A stretch of DNA of 61,052 bases, the filler included, from Sphacelaria rigidula (Eukaryota), in the NCBI GenBank assembly GCA_964200075.2. It is 8 parts of 8 records of this genome, joined end to end, with 100 filler letters (N's around TTAATTAATTAA, not from the genome) between each part and the next. Parts side by side here need not be neighbours in the genome. Positions count along the whole stretch, not along the records: positions 22,934 to 30,477 come from CAXNAA020014410.1; positions 30,578 to 38,121 come from CAXNAA020014411.1; 6 more parts are not named here. The stretch is one strand, 5' to 3'. Position 1 is the stretch's first letter. Every line of letters starts with the position of its first letter. Below, piece by piece: positions 24,465 through 38,046 of this stretch. The translations under genes were made by a program, and so were the position numbers. Below the pieces are notes generated by a model, which was not told the DNA's origin, did not search any database, and saw only the letters and a program-made list of their open reading frames with translations.

Positions 24465-24785
24465 TCCACTAATAACAATCTTTCAGCGAGATTGAGAGTA
24501 GAGGATGCGATGGAGAGTGGAAAACGGTCAATGAGTGAATGAATCGTTTCAGTTCCGGAATGCCCCTCCCCGAGGCCCAGTATGCTTTCCGTGGTAGCTT
24601 GCCACTGAGGCCCTTGATATCCCTGAGTAGGATATCGACGTGTAGCTGTACGCACACGCCAGTAATGGAGGCGAAGAAGAGCACACACGGGATAAAAAAT
24701 TCGCTAAGTTTCAGCGAATTATCAAAGCCACTCTCAATCAGCGCTTTACTCTCAATCTCACGAAAACGTTGTTTAATGTAGGATG
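24465..24785 (+). mobile_element. MITE family I, copy 1
   Basis: Imperfect TIRs built on GAGATTGAGAGTAGAG...GAGAGTGG / CCACTCTCAATC...TACTCTCAATCTC; inverted copy at 40700-41017 and partial copy at 45866-45990. Confidence 0.75.
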
Positions 24786-25019
24786 AGACGTTCCACGAGA
24801 CGATGTGGATATATGCGCATATTAGACAACACTTGCGAAGACTTGTACGAGACAATACCGTGACTTTTTGTTTTCAGAATAAATCCTCAACGGAGGAGCA
24901 AATACGTGCACATTTTAGTCAACTTGACGACAAGCCTGCAGTTTTTGTTTTTTGACGAATGTAGTTGCGGACATACGCGTATGTGGGGCAGAACGAATTC
25001 TTGCCAAGACGTGGTCACT

Positions 25020-25991
25020 TGTTACGACATGTGACTTCTGAAAAAACATTTGACTGAAGTGTGGTTAAAGACGTGATCAAACCAGGATAGGTTAATTTTG
25101 GCCAAAGACATGAATATTTTTCACCATTACTTGAACATGGTAATGTTTGAACATACTGTAACAGAATGTGGCGAACAATTGTTGACAAGACGAGACGGGA
25201 CGTGTGCGAGACGATAGATGAATGATGTGGGCGGAACATGATGCTTTCTGGGGTCCTTATCCATCAGCGTTCATCTTGTTTGCCCAGTGATCGATGCATC
25301 CGTGGAACGTACGACGATGAATATCGAGGAAAATGTGGTGTTATCTGGTACAATCCCCTGGGGTTCTAATCCAGCAGGCGTGAAATACCCACCATTTCGA
25401 TTATTCGAGGGTCCAAGATCGAGGAATCAGAGTTCAACTTGTCGTTTCATGGAGGTAAGTGTGACTATGAAGTGGAGATGGGGTGAACGCGCACGCAACA
25501 TTGCAACCGACTGGGGTCCTAATCCATGAGTGGTGCGAGGTTGGTGGTTGTTTCACAACATTTCTAGTCGTGGAAGAGCCCGATAAAGACGAACATTTAT
25601 TGAATTCACTGAGCCCACCAACATAGTGGCGAGGCGGACTGGCCTTGAAACCCAGGGAACCAAATTCGGGACTCACCAACAAGAGCAAAAACGAAGACAA
25701 CGAACCAATTTACTCTGTGACGCAGTTTTACTCGAGACAACGAAAGAGATAACTATGAAGATGAATGACTGCCGTACTGAAGTGTACAAGGTGCGATTTT
25801 TTTTTCCATAATGAACAAGACTACACGAGAGGACAATAAAGCTGATGCGCAATGTGACCTACCAAGTAAAAGGTGACGTGCTTAGACAAAATAGATTACG
25901 AGTACAACGATTGACAAACAACTGATCACTCTCGAGGACGCAGACGTGGTAGCGATTGTAGTGGTCGGCTACCCTTGACTTTGTCGTATCA
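25020..25991 (-). mobile_element. Putative 3' LTR (972 bp) of gypsy element 1
   Basis: On the minus strand a G-rich PPT-like tract (GGCCGGGGGGG) abuts TGATACGAC at 25991; the matching end GTCGTAACA is at 25020 (9-bp imperfect TG...CA inverted termini); lies downstream of the integrase. Confidence 0.65.
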
Positions 25992-26326
25992 CCCCCCCGG
26001 CCAAACCCCCAGGGAAGAGACACGAAGCTGTCGGAGCACGACGGTAAGCGAGAACGGTCGGCTCGACGAAACAGGCTGAATACATCAAGACATATGTATA
26101 CCGAAGTCCTTACCGAGGGTGTGGTATATCACCCCAGTTGACACCCACAAGACAAGAATAAAAACCATGTTCGACGTGGTTCGCAACGGCAAAGACCAGA
26201 CGAGGTGTACGATACACCTGTGGCAAGGTTATATGCCTCTATAACTAGAATAACGAACGGCAAAAAAAGATGGGACGACAATCTTGCCAGAGACACGCAA
26301 AGTATACTGACAACAACTGGTAAAAA

Positions 26327-29300
26327 TCACGGCGCTGCTACTCTTTTTACTGTACGGGAAGCATCGAAGGCTGACCAGTCCAACGACAACGTGACTGCTC
26401 GGTACGATTCCATCATTTCCCGACACTGATGAACCTCTTTGTGATGCTTCCACACTCCCCTAGCTGGTGGATGACCTTTCAATAAAAGGTGGTACTGGAA
26501 ATTGTTCGGTGACGCGGTGCCAACTCGGCGCTTGTGAACGTCAATGCCTTCGACCTTGTAGGAACCCAGCTTGACAGCATTGAGGGAACCTTCGAGGTCG
26601 GGGACTGGTAACTTCGTATCTAAAAACAAGTCATCGAGATCTGAGAGATCGGGGACGGACGAATCGAGGGGCGGGCGGTATTTTTTTAACCTCCCGAGAT
26701 GAAGAGTGACCTGAGACATTTCACCACGGTAAAGGACGGGAGACAACTGAGCACGGACAGTGTAAGGACCACGCCATGGGCTGACGAGCTTAGGGTTAGG
26801 TCCATCAGTTGTAGTGTACGGACGGTGGAGCATAACTTGCTCTCCCATTTTGAACTGTGGAAACGATAACTTAGCATTGACGGATGCTCGTGAGTCAGCT
26901 CGCTCATCAAGATTACGTCGGGCTAACTCATACGCGAGTTTGAACCGCTCGACGGTCTGCCTAGTGTACTCCAACGATGCCTGTGGAGCTGATGTCGACG
27001 GGACACCGGTAATGACATCTACTGTAACACTGCAAGGCGGCCAAACATGACAGAGTGCGGCGTTTCTTGCAGCGTAGTAGAGTAGGCAGTATTATGTGCG
27101 AGTTGTACGAAGGGCAGAAAAAATCAGCCCAATGGCGACGCGCAATATCCCTGTACATGAACATGTTGTGGACAGCACTGTAAACACGCTCGAGGATAGA
27201 TTTTCCTGGGGACGGTAGGCAAAGGTACGAGTTTACTTGTACCCAAAGACGGATTGAAGTTATTTGACAATTTGTTCTTCAAACTCTTCGGTTGGTCTGA
27301 ATGCGACGCTTCTGATCGACCGAAGACAAATGACACGTGACTAGCTGACGGGCGACGGTAGTCGCGAGCTTTTCAGGCACGGCGATTGAAACGACAAACC
27401 GTGTTAAATGGTCGATAACTGACATAGTGTGACGGTTACCTCGAGAGAGGGTTTTATACTCGACTAAGTCCACATCTACACACTGAAAAACGCGGGTGAC
27501 TTCTCGGTGTCCCATGGGGAGCTGAGGTGTGCGGCGAGACGTTTTACGGTGTTGACAAGACTGACAATGGTCAATATGACGTTGAACATCGGCATGGATA
27601 GAGGGCTACCGATAGCAGTCTCTAATCCGGTCAAAAGTGGCTTTGAAGGCCAAGTGACCCCCTGACGCGGGGAAATCATGACACGCATTAATGACTAACG
27701 ACGAAAATTCGCTGGGAACTACCAACCGATCGCGGATATCCGATCGTTCACGCAAATTACCCGGTAGGTATGACCTGAAAAGCCGTCCTTCCAGAAGGAA
27801 GAAATGACTCATCGTGTACTTGGTTTCTTCACGTGGGAGTGGGCTAGACTTGGGTTTACGCAGGTATGCAAAATATCGACTGTACTCTGCTTCCTGTTGG
27901 GCGGTGAACTGGTCGGGATCAACAAGGCGAAATACTGACACAGCGCTCGCGAATAGGTCGCGATCACTTTCAACGGGGGCGATATCATTCAGAATGTGAG
28001 CTGAAGCCTCAAACTCACGGGGTGACGGTGAATGATGCGGTTGATCGTCGGGGATATTCCGACAAATTGCCGCGAGGCGAGGTTTCGTGACACCATCCCA
28101 CCGTTTGTATCGCCAAGCAAACGTGACAACGCATCGGGTACGACATCTAATTTCACCGGGACATGCTTCACAGTAAAATCAAGACTTTGCAGTTGAATCG
28201 ACCAACGGGTCAGCATGTTACTGGTGTCCTGCATCTGATGAAGATGACAAAGTGCTGGATGATCCGTGTAGATCGTAAAATGTTTACTCCACAAATAGGA
28301 ACGATAATGCATGAGCGTGGAGACTACGCCGCAACATTCTGAGTTCGTAGGGCTATGGTGACGCTGAGACTTGAAAAAGCGTCTACTAGACTACGCGATG
28401 ATACTAACATCATCGGGGGACTTCGAGTTGAGGTGGTGTTACCAAGAAAACCACTCAGAGCAACCTCTGAGGCGTCTGTGTGCACGACAAACTCTTTTGA
28501 GGAATCCGGAAGTTTCAAGCCTGGTGCAGCGGTCAACACACGCTTGATGTAGTCAAAAGCTGCAAACTGTTGAGGGCCCCAAGCTTTCACAAAGCTGTGT
28601 TTTTTTTTCACAACCTTCTTGTGTGAGGGCGACGAGGGGACCGGTGATTTCGGTGTAGTCTTTGATAAAAACGCCCGACAAAGTTAACCATACCTAGAAC
28701 TGCTCGAAGTTGTTTGATTGACTTCGGGGGCTCGAGATCGCAGATGGCTTTGATGGGGTCTTGACCGATGGAGACACCTTCGGCAGTAATGACGTGACCT
28801 AGATACGTGACTTCCTTGGGACCGGACTGAATTTTCGACGGTTTGAGGGTCAAACCTGCTGCTTGTAATGCAGAGAACATGATACGAAGAGACTTGACGT
28901 GTTCGTCAAATGTCTTACTGATACACAAAATACCACCAATGTAACACAGTATACCAGAGTCTGGACCCAGATGTCCAAAAATAATAGATATCATACATTG
29001 ATACAACCAAGGGGCAGACATGACACCATATGGCATGCGTAAAAACACATACTTACCGGACGGGGTAGTGAAAGCTCTCTTGTCTACATCCTCAGCTGCG
29101 ACCGAAAGTTGCCAGAAAGCCGACATGACGTCCGCGACCGTGATGAAACGAGCACCGCCGACGGCGTCCAAACACGTACCCATGTTGGCCAAGGGCCAAG
29201 ATTTGCGGATTAGATATTTGTTGAGGGTGTTACGATAATCCAAGCAAAATCTTGGTGAGCCATTCTTCTTTGCGACTATACATGACGGGGAACCCCAAGC

Positions 29301-30030
29301 GCTAGGGCGCTCTTCAATGATTTTCCATCCGAGCATATCTTTGACAAATTTCTCGATGGCTTCGGCTGTACGAGGGTTTGAACGATATGGTGGTTTGTCG
29401 ACAGGCACAGTAGTTTCCGGGACAGGAAAAGTGGCTTCCGCCACAGTGCAAGTACCAAGCTCTTGCATAGACAGTGAAAAACACTGGCCGAAATTCAGCG
29501 CACAAATCATGGACACTGTTCTGCTGTTCTACTGTGAAGGTAAAATCGTTGAAAGCAGAAGACAGGAGCTCTTGGAGATCATCCTTAGCTTTTTGCAACT
29601 CGACGGGAGTGGAGAGATTTTTGTCTTCTGCATTTACGTGCAGCTGAGCAGGATCGACCACAGTGACAGTGTACAGGGTACCAAGAACTAAGCCTATGGG
29701 TAACGACACGGCTTCAGACGATGTGTTTGCAATTTGGACTACTACAGGACAAAAACTGACCATGAGACAAAGTACGTACAACTATCACGAACTCAAAACG
29801 ACGGGACGGTTTACTGTCGACATTTCATCTGCTGTGACGAACCGAGGTTCAACAACGATGGTACAGGCACAGATAGGGCGACATACTGTGTACGCTAAAA
29901 TGAATGCCTCGTGAGAAGGTTCGACAGTAATGCATTCTAGCAAGGTGACAATATATTTGTGGAGCATCAGCGTGTACTGCTGCTACAGTAGACTTTGTTC
30001 TCCTTGAAGGCGGGACTGACTGTTGACTAC
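26327..30030 (-). pseudogene. pol: Decayed Ty3/gypsy pol: RT - RNase H - integrase - chromodomain (chromovirus-type)
   Basis: RT (SAWGSP, RFCLDYR, SAFWQ, KRAFTTPSGKYVFLRMPYG, YIGG in place of YxDD); RNase H (FVVHTDAS, FTIYTDH, LTRWSIQLQ); integrase (CHDFPASGGHLA, VDVDLVE, SVIDHLTRF, KLVSPWRGPY); chromodomain (YKVEGIDVH...FQYHLLLKGHP...VW); many stops and frameshifts. Confidence 0.95.
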
Positions 30031-30032
30031 GG

Positions 30033-30085
30033 TGTGTGTTGTATTGTCGTCCCATCTATTCTGGACGCCGGTCTACACCTTTCGA
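30033..30085 (-). mobile_element. SINE 3' tail fragment
   Basis: TTGTCGTCCCATCTATTCTGGACGCCGGTCTACACCTTTCG matches 52905-52942 and 60711-60750. Confidence 0.65.
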
Positions 30086-30599
30086 ACCACACTTGAGTGA
30101 AATTGACTTTACTGGAGTCGACAACACGGGCATGGGTTACGGAAAGCAGCGGGGACAATAACCCGCCAAATACTGACTTGTCAGTCGAGTACCGCAACGG
30201 TACACGAGACAGGTAGCGGGGCCCTCTACAGAAGGAAGCCAGCTACAGACGGTACACTATTCATTATACTACTGTACTGCCCTGCGTACTTGTATACTTG
30301 CCCTGGTGTGTCGTAGCTGTTGCAGCTGGGGTGCTGGCGCGGGTGATCTTCGTTGATCCGTGCTACCAGCGATGAGGATTCCGTTGTATATCTTCCATAC
30401 GTCGGACGAGCACGAGTGTCACTCGTGCCACTCGTGCTCGTTGGGCTGCTCGTTGAGCGAAAAATTGATAGGGCGAGNNNNNNNNNNNNNNNNNNNNNNN
30501 NNNNNNNNNNNNNNNNNNNNNTTAATTAATTAANNNNNNNNNNNNNNNNNNNNNNNNNNNNNNNNNNNNNNNNNNNNCTCAATTTAGATTAACAAGGGG

Positions 30600-30730
30600 C
30601 CTATCGTGTGACCATGGCTGGATTCCTGAAGCCTCAGTTTATGTGCTGCAGCCAAGGCGTCCGCGCCAGATACCCAGTACAGACTACGGCGCAGGTATCG
30701 GAACGATTTTTAATGTGAAGACAACAGCGA
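30600..30730 (+). repeat. Family J short repeat (retroposon-tail-like)
   Basis: GTCCGC..CAGAT.CCCAGTACAGA.TAC.GCGCAG.TATCGGAACG.TTTTT.ATGTGAAGAC is shared with 59972-60085, which ends in (ACA)n. Confidence 0.65.
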
Positions 30731-32207
30731 GTTAGTCAAGCATCAAGCAAGGGGTCACTTTTATTCTGTTGGGTTAGTCGTTCTGCCTATGCTGCTTTTC
30801 GCGGGCAGCCGCTTGGATCTCTTTCAGTCGTTAGAAAAAAAACAATTCCCCACATGGTGACTGAGTGTGAACACCGCCTTTTACGTACTTGCGGGCGGCA
30901 ATGCGTGTTTCTGGTGTTTCAATTCAACGTGGCCACAAATTATTGTCGCTGCTAATAACATTTGACTGCTCTCAGAGAAAATGCTGGTGGAATCTACCTC
31001 TTGGCATCGTCGCACGGCGTGTCCTAGCCGTGCCTTTGTCCCATTTTGACTGACGACGGCCCTACGACGGACCCTGTTGTTAGTGATTTTGCGTCCTCGC
31101 CTGCGGATCCGAGCAATTCTGCCGTCGTCCAGATCTTGTAATGTTTCCCGGGCGTTCAGCAGACTCTGGTGCACATATGATACGGCTAATCACTGCAATT
31201 ACGGCGATATGAGTCGGTCAGCAAACGTCAAGTCCCCCCCCCCCAAAAAAATAAAGTTTGGCGAATTGTAACGGCCTACTTTCGCAGAGTACACAGCAGG
31301 ATATCTGTCACTACGGCACAGCAATGCGGCGAAGACAACTTTTACGAACACGTTTGAAAAGTATATATGCACGGTGTTTTGTGTGTCAGACATCACGGTA
31401 GCATAATCCAACACATGCACGCATTCAGTCCATCGTTTGCTGACGCACCGCAGCATACAGCCCAAAACCTGTATAACTTAAAGCGCAAGACAGTTAAATT
31501 TTGGAATCAATATTTCAGGATAACGGACCATGGTTTCTCGGTACAGTTGACATAAAAAACGCGATGACTCCACTCGGGGATGGAGGGAGGGAGGGGGTGA
31601 GGGAGGGGGGAGGGGGGTATATGTCGTGTCCTAGCATCGTAGCAAGCGTTGTACCCCTGGGTATGTTGTAGTTCACCTTCCTGCAAGGAGAACCTTCCTT
31701 GTGCATGAAACGACCACTCACCAATTTTACTGATGGTAAGAAGATCCACTTCCCCTTGGGCAGCTGCTCATCACCCACATGAAAAACAAAAGACGTGCGT
31801 GCGTGCGTGCGTGCGTGCGTGCATGGGCAAAGAAGAGCTGCGAGCTCGGTCTTCATTGGCGCCTGAAACATTCGGATGTGTTGAGCTAATTCGGCGAAGA
31901 AAGGGACTCTCACCGTTGATTCTATCCGGGCCAAACTTACTTCTGCCACTAAGGACATGTGCTTGTGTTTGTAACAAAACACGAGCTGGCAGGAAACACG
32001 TTCCCAGGACCGGATGACAGGGCGACTTGATTCCATTGCCCACTTTGATGATGAGATGCAGCACATGGCCCGATATGCGGGACATTTTCACACGAATCCC
32101 TCCAACTTCGGTGCCAGCCCGGATGCAGTATTGGTAATGCGTAGAATTGCCGTAAGTCACTTTCCGTGGTCAGCAGCACCGTGCGGTGCTGCTTTTATGT
32201 TCTTACA

Positions 32208-32647
32208 AACACGGGATCTTACAAATTCAGGATGGATCATTTATTGGGGATGAGAAACCCGGAGAATTAAAATCTTTGATCCACACCAAATCTTCGAAAT
32301 ATGGTTCCATTTCTTCACCTACTCATAGCTGACAACTGCTGCACGCAATAGAAATTTGGATTTCGATCACCGAAATGTCGGGATCCTAGGTGAAAAATCA
32401 TTTTTTCGGAATTTTTGGTGTCCGAACGGGCGCCAAAATGGTTCCGAAATTGATTTCTCACGTCGGACCCCAACATTTCGGTGATCGAAATCCAAATTTC
32501 TATGGCGTGTACCTGTTGTTAATAGCTATCCGTAGGTGAAGAAATGGAACCATATTTCGAAGATATGGTGTGGATACGAGGATTTTATTTATTCGGGTTT
32601 CTCATCCCTAATAAAAGATCAATCTCCAATTTGTAAGATCCCGTGTT
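32208..32647. mobile_element. Palindromic MITE family C, copy 1 (440 bp)
   Basis: About 180-bp TIRs starting AACACGGGATCTTACAAATT; flanks TACA / TTCA. Confidence 0.9.
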
Positions 32648-34905
32648 TTCAGCAGGTCTCAAGATGATTTTTGTTGTTGTTGTCATATATCAAACCTCTT
32701 CCTTTCCTCGGGACGATTCCGTGCCCTCAGGGGATCAGCCCAGGACGGGGTGGCAGGTTGATCATTTTTTACTGTGCACGTTGACGCTGATATATAAACA
32801 CTAACTCTGCAACATGTGACGGCCACTGAACACGAATAATAGAGATTTATCGGCTACGCGAGGACGTGCTGTTGTGAAACCTGTGCGGAAAACGGCCCGA
32901 TATGCGGGACATTTTCTTCACTACTAGAGAGTCTCTGCAACTTCGGTGCTAGTCCCGACGGAAGACTGGTCACGCCTAAATCTGCAGATCAAACCACCGT
33001 TTGTGATCAGCAACACCGTACGGTGCTGCTCTCACCATAGGCCTAAAAAAATATTCCATTTTCATGTAGCACCTTTATGATCACCCCCTTCCTCGGGAAG
33101 AGTTCGTTTTCTCAGCGAACCAACCCATCTCTCTCCCGGGTCATGCGAGGGAATTATATAGACGAGGAAGCTGCTTGATTGATTATTGTAGACATGATCG
33201 CTACGAACATCTCTGACCTTTTTGTCCACCAAAGACGTGGTTCGGATGGTGATGAGGTATTGATTGCTTTATTGATTGGTTGGCTGACCTACTGATTGCC
33301 GCATATAAACCCATCGGCTGGGAACTCAGCCCCGGTCGTATGAAGAGTCAGAAGAATATAAAGGGAAGCCCTTGCCAAAATGAATTCGACGGTAGACTCA
33401 AGACAATGATAAGGGAAGAACAAGCGAAATAAAACGGAGAAGAAAAAAAAATACAGAAAAAGGGGAAGAAGAAAATACAAGAAAAAACGTTCGGATATAC
33501 TGTGCACAAGACAGTACCCAAAGCCAGCTCCCCCTCGCCATTTTTCCACGAACCGTTTGCAAGCAGAGTAACGCCGATACAGAATTTCGAAAGAGCGATG
33601 ACGTCAGGTTCGTCGTGCGGCGCTACGTGAAGTACTGAAACCCTGTCTGTGCCAACGACCGTCGGCTTCCACGGGCAAGTCATACCGTACAGGTTGTCTG
33701 GGGTGTATCCTCAAGTAATGTCCACGAAGCTTCGCTCGTTTGCTTCTATGGGTATGTTGGAGGTGCGCGCCGTGCTGCGTTCCATGGTTCAACATCCCAG
33801 GTCTGTTTCAGGCATCCTCCGGGACGCTCAAACGCACGCCCGTTACGACGAGTGTATGGGTGGAGATTACAGCCGGTATACTCACATCTTCCCGCAGGTA
33901 GGCTGGCATTTTCCTCATCCTTCTGCGCGTCGTTCCTTTATTGCTTGCTGGTTTTGCCGAAGCTGAGGATGAACGGGTGACATTCATGGCTGCTGCGTGT
34001 TTCGCATGTGTTTCGTGTCGACGTGACAACTTGGCGCCTGTTGCAGTAGCCAGGCTTTTCCTCCACGCCCAGTCATCACTGTGCCGTCGTGACGCGGTAT
34101 GGGCGAGGTTTCCTTACAATACCGAGAAGAAAACCCACGCACATGATCTTATATACCTTGAATGTACAGATGTAAGGGGTGTGGTATACACGAGGTGTGC
34201 TACGGTAGGTGACGGTCATGGTGAACGTCCGCTTCGGCGGCAATTTGATGTTTTTCATTTTTTTCGGAATCCGAAGCAACCGCGCCACCGAACGATGTGC
34301 CGCCGATCAATCTTCGGTAAGATAATTTGATATGTCAGGTCTGAACGTGAGAGAAAGAGTCATTGATTCTCGAGAAAATCGAGGTCGACAGTCGTGTCGC
34401 TTGAGAGGGTGTTATACTCCGTCATATACGATATACCATCGGTTTGGGCAGTGTATTTTCTAGGCCCACATACCGAGTGAAAACCAACCACCGCATTTCA
34501 AGCTCCATATTTGCATGATCAACACCCAAACACCATATTGCCAGTATGGTCCCTAGTTATATCATGCGTTGCGTATGATGCAACATGCGCCGATTCATCA
34601 TGCCGGTGCTCTCGTATTATTCCCACCGCTGTTTCAGCCGTTTCATGTGATGCGGGACAATTAAAATTGAACCGCATCATACAACTGCTGACCTCGTACA
34701 CATCCTGTACATCACTGTTTGCTGCGCGGAAGGGAACTGACGACAATGCAATTCTCGTTTGTAACAATAAATAAACATATTTTGACCCTAACATCATCTC
34801 TGGAATTGTTCTGAAAATGTCAAGGGTGGATAACAACTACCGCAAGAGTGCGAGTGAGGACACGAGTCCGGATGATCGCATAGGTCGGGTTGACTCGATT
34901 ACTAA

Positions 34906-35277
34906 AGGGTGGTGTTGGATAGAGTACGTACTCTTGAATACTCGGGTATAATACGCGGGTTCACTCTACCCAAGTTTTGGGTAGGTCGGGTACGGCCTAA
35001 GGTGCCCCACCGAAATCGTGGGTGTAGTTGGGTTTGGTCTCGATCCTCTACCCAAATATTGTGTTGAGCTGGTCGCGAACTCTCAATATACTTTACCCAA
35101 TATGTAGGTAGAGCTGGGTATGATTTCAACACTCAATAATCTACCCGAAAATTGGGTAAATACTTTCGGTAGTACTCGGGTATGGATCACTCAGGTATGA
35201 CCCCCATACTCAGATATTGTGTAGAGCTGGTTACGATCTCAATACTCTACCCAAATAAATGATTTCAGAGTCACCCT
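34906..35277. mobile_element. Possible hAT-type MITE with many subterminal CTCTACCCAA / TGGGTAGAG motifs
   Basis: AGGGTG...CACCCT termini; the short motif repeats in both orientations; no clear TSD. Confidence 0.5.
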
Positions 35278-35363
35278 ACGATAGCGGGGGGAGGTATTTG
35301 GTTGCACGGAAAAAGAGGCTCATAGATTTGCCAGACGACCTGTCACACTCGTGATGCGCTTGT

Positions 35364-35811
35364 AACACGGGATCTTACAAATTGGAGATTGATCTTTTAT
35401 TGGGGATGAGAAACCCGGAAAATTAAAATCTTCGTATCCACACCATATCTTCGAAATATTTTTCCATTTCTTCACCTACTGATAGCTATTGACAACTGCT
35501 ACACGCCATATAAATTTGGATTTCGGTCAACGAAATGTTGGGGTCGTCCTAGGTATAAAACTAATTTCGGAACCATTTTGGCGTCTGTTCGGACATCCGA
35601 AATTCCCCCAAAAATGTTTTTGACCTAGGATCCCAATATTTCGTTGATCGAAATCCAAGTTTCTATGGCGTGTAGCAGTTGTCAATAGCCATCAGTAGGT
35701 GAAGAAATGGAACCATATTTCGAAGATTTGGTGTGGATACGAAGATTTTAATTCTCCGGGTTTTTCATCCCCCCCCCAAAAAATCATTCCGAATTTGTAA
35801 GATCCCGTGTT
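35364..35811. mobile_element. Palindromic MITE family C, copy 2 (448 bp, inverted relative to copy 1)
   Basis: Same TIRs as 32208-32647; perfect 4-bp TSD TTGT at 35360-35363 and 35812-35815. Confidence 0.92.
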
Positions 35812-35974
35812 TTGTATTTGGTCAAAAACGATGTCAACCAGTATGAATGAGCGTTATATGTATATATATATATATATTACGAGCTCGTTCGAGCATCCGT
35901 CGCTGCTTTCGACGACGATTTGACTTTGAATTTCGTGCAAGAAGTGGCCCGAAATACCCCCCCCTATCGTACGA

Positions 35975-36392
35975 TATTTGCGGTAACCATGATGGTAGTT
36001 GAGCTAGATCATGTTGTGCGGCATGGAAGAACCTCAACTCCGCACAATGTGGATGATCGTCCCACGTAGTGTTTGAATGGTGAGGCACCCAGGAGGCAGT
36101 GTATAAGCCGTGGCTGTCTCTGGAAGTGTCAGTATAAGATAATAAAGCAACTCATTTTCAGCTGTCATCCAAATGCAAGATAATCAGTAGGCTTTGGGCC
36201 GAACCATCTTAGCAGGATGCAGCTCACCCTTCATGCGACTCGCCGAACACCCCACGGCGCTTCGCGCTTGGTGATTGGGTGCAAGCCTGGTCCGGCGCAA
36301 ACCTGGCGTGCTCCGTCCCGGCATAGTAAGGATGCGAGGTCAATAGTCTCCTGACTATGGCATGCATGATTGTGTGTACACCCCCCCCCCCC
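35975..36392 (-). repeat. Family B repeat
   Basis: Homologous to 54883-55300; the terminus sits on a C11 run at about 36381-36392. Confidence 0.85.
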
Positions 36393-38046
36393 TCCTCTAT
36401 CGTAAGATGACTTCGCAATACCACTCTGCGCAATATTTTGAGTATACTAAAGCCACAACTTTTCTAATTACCCGGGTATCGGGTATACCCTATCCAACCT
36501 ACCCCTGCAATGATTTATTACGGTTATTACATGTGGGTCGAAGTTATCACACACCGGTGCGATGGCCCCGACCAAGATCACACCATCGTGCATTATGTCG
36601 CATGCTGTCGTGTGTGGTCGCGAGGTACATGCCTAGAGCTCTATCCAGTATCGCACGTATGGGAGCTATCGCACAGGGATGACGTTAGAAACTCAGTGTA
36701 GCCGGTGGTTTAAAATGTTCAGAATTGCCCAGAGCGAGGTTATCGCACAGGAGTGTGCGGAATTGCGCTCCGGTAGGGGTGCACTATTTTGGCCAAGAAT
36801 CGTTTGAGATATTTTTTACGTTGTGAAACGAAACAATGACATTTTACGCAATTCCTGATATTTGCCAGCGAGATGATCGCCTCACGTTCATAGGCAACTT
36901 CGTCTGAACTACACTTGTTGTGCAAGTGTGCCAGAGTCTGTATCTGAATCCAGTACGGCGGCCAAAAAACAATTTGTACACCCCAACCGTAGCACAAGGC
37001 TGCGCTAAAAGAGTAAACCATACTTCGTATGCTTTATTCGATTTCGACACAGGGGCCCGATTCATCGCACAGGCTGGATATTTTCACACGGGCGTGGGAT
37101 AAAAAAACAAGTGAAATATGATTTCAGAGAGCGATCGCACACGATGCGATCAAAGCACTTCTACAGTAGTACAAATAAGGTGTGTACACTTCGTTCACGT
37201 GGTGGCTCTCGGTGGAAGGGGGAGTCATGAATCGCCATTTCAGCGCTACACGTATGCTAAACCAGGGGTCAAAACATTGCGCCTTCTTCGTGCTTATGAG
37301 ATTAGCACCATTTTAATATATTACAAGTGTTGCATGACTACGAGAGGGAAGCAAAAGCTACTGCTGCGCTGGTAGAGATCTTTATATGGCAACGGCTGCT
37401 ATGTGTCATTGGCGTTCTCGCAGAGGAGCAGCTAGCCGAGAGGGATAATATAAGACCTAAGTGAAAAATATATGATGGTACTCGAAAAGATAAGACCAAG
37501 ACTTAAAACCTCGAGCAGAGACGAGCCGCGTCCAAATTGCAGACCGGAAAGCTGACACCTCAAGTTTTCAAACAACCAAACGTTCACGGTAGGGACAAGG
37601 AATGTGACAACTTGAGGAACACGACTGTGTACGTACGTGGTCAAATACGTGAAGGTTTCGATCAACCCGAAGGGGCAATCGTATCCGTTGGTGCTCTTTT
37701 TACTGCTTCTGTACAGTTTCAAGTACGAGGTAGTGCCGCCTAAAACCCGTACTCCTTCGGCATGCCAGAACATTTCGTGTTTCCCGAATCAGCCCGATGT
37801 TGTAGCTGTATCGCTGTGAAGACACTTTCTACGGCACCCCCCCCCAAAACAAAAGTGCAAGGTGTTGGCAGGCGAAATCTTCACATAAATCGAAATGAGA
37901 AAAGCCGAGCACAACGAGCAGCTGGAAATTCCCACGCTTGGGTTCATCCTAGCCAATGTCGCCAATATGAGGCGCTTCAAACAGCCTGAACCCAAACATT
38001 AGGCGCTGTATGGCAATTTTCTTCGTGACACTTTTTGGTTGATTTT

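Noticed and set aside
33630..33897. Candidate exon ending CAG|GTAGGC (…YDECMGGDYSRYTHIFPQ)
   Set aside because: Upstream in-frame stop, unclear acceptor, no recognised homology and no partner exons.
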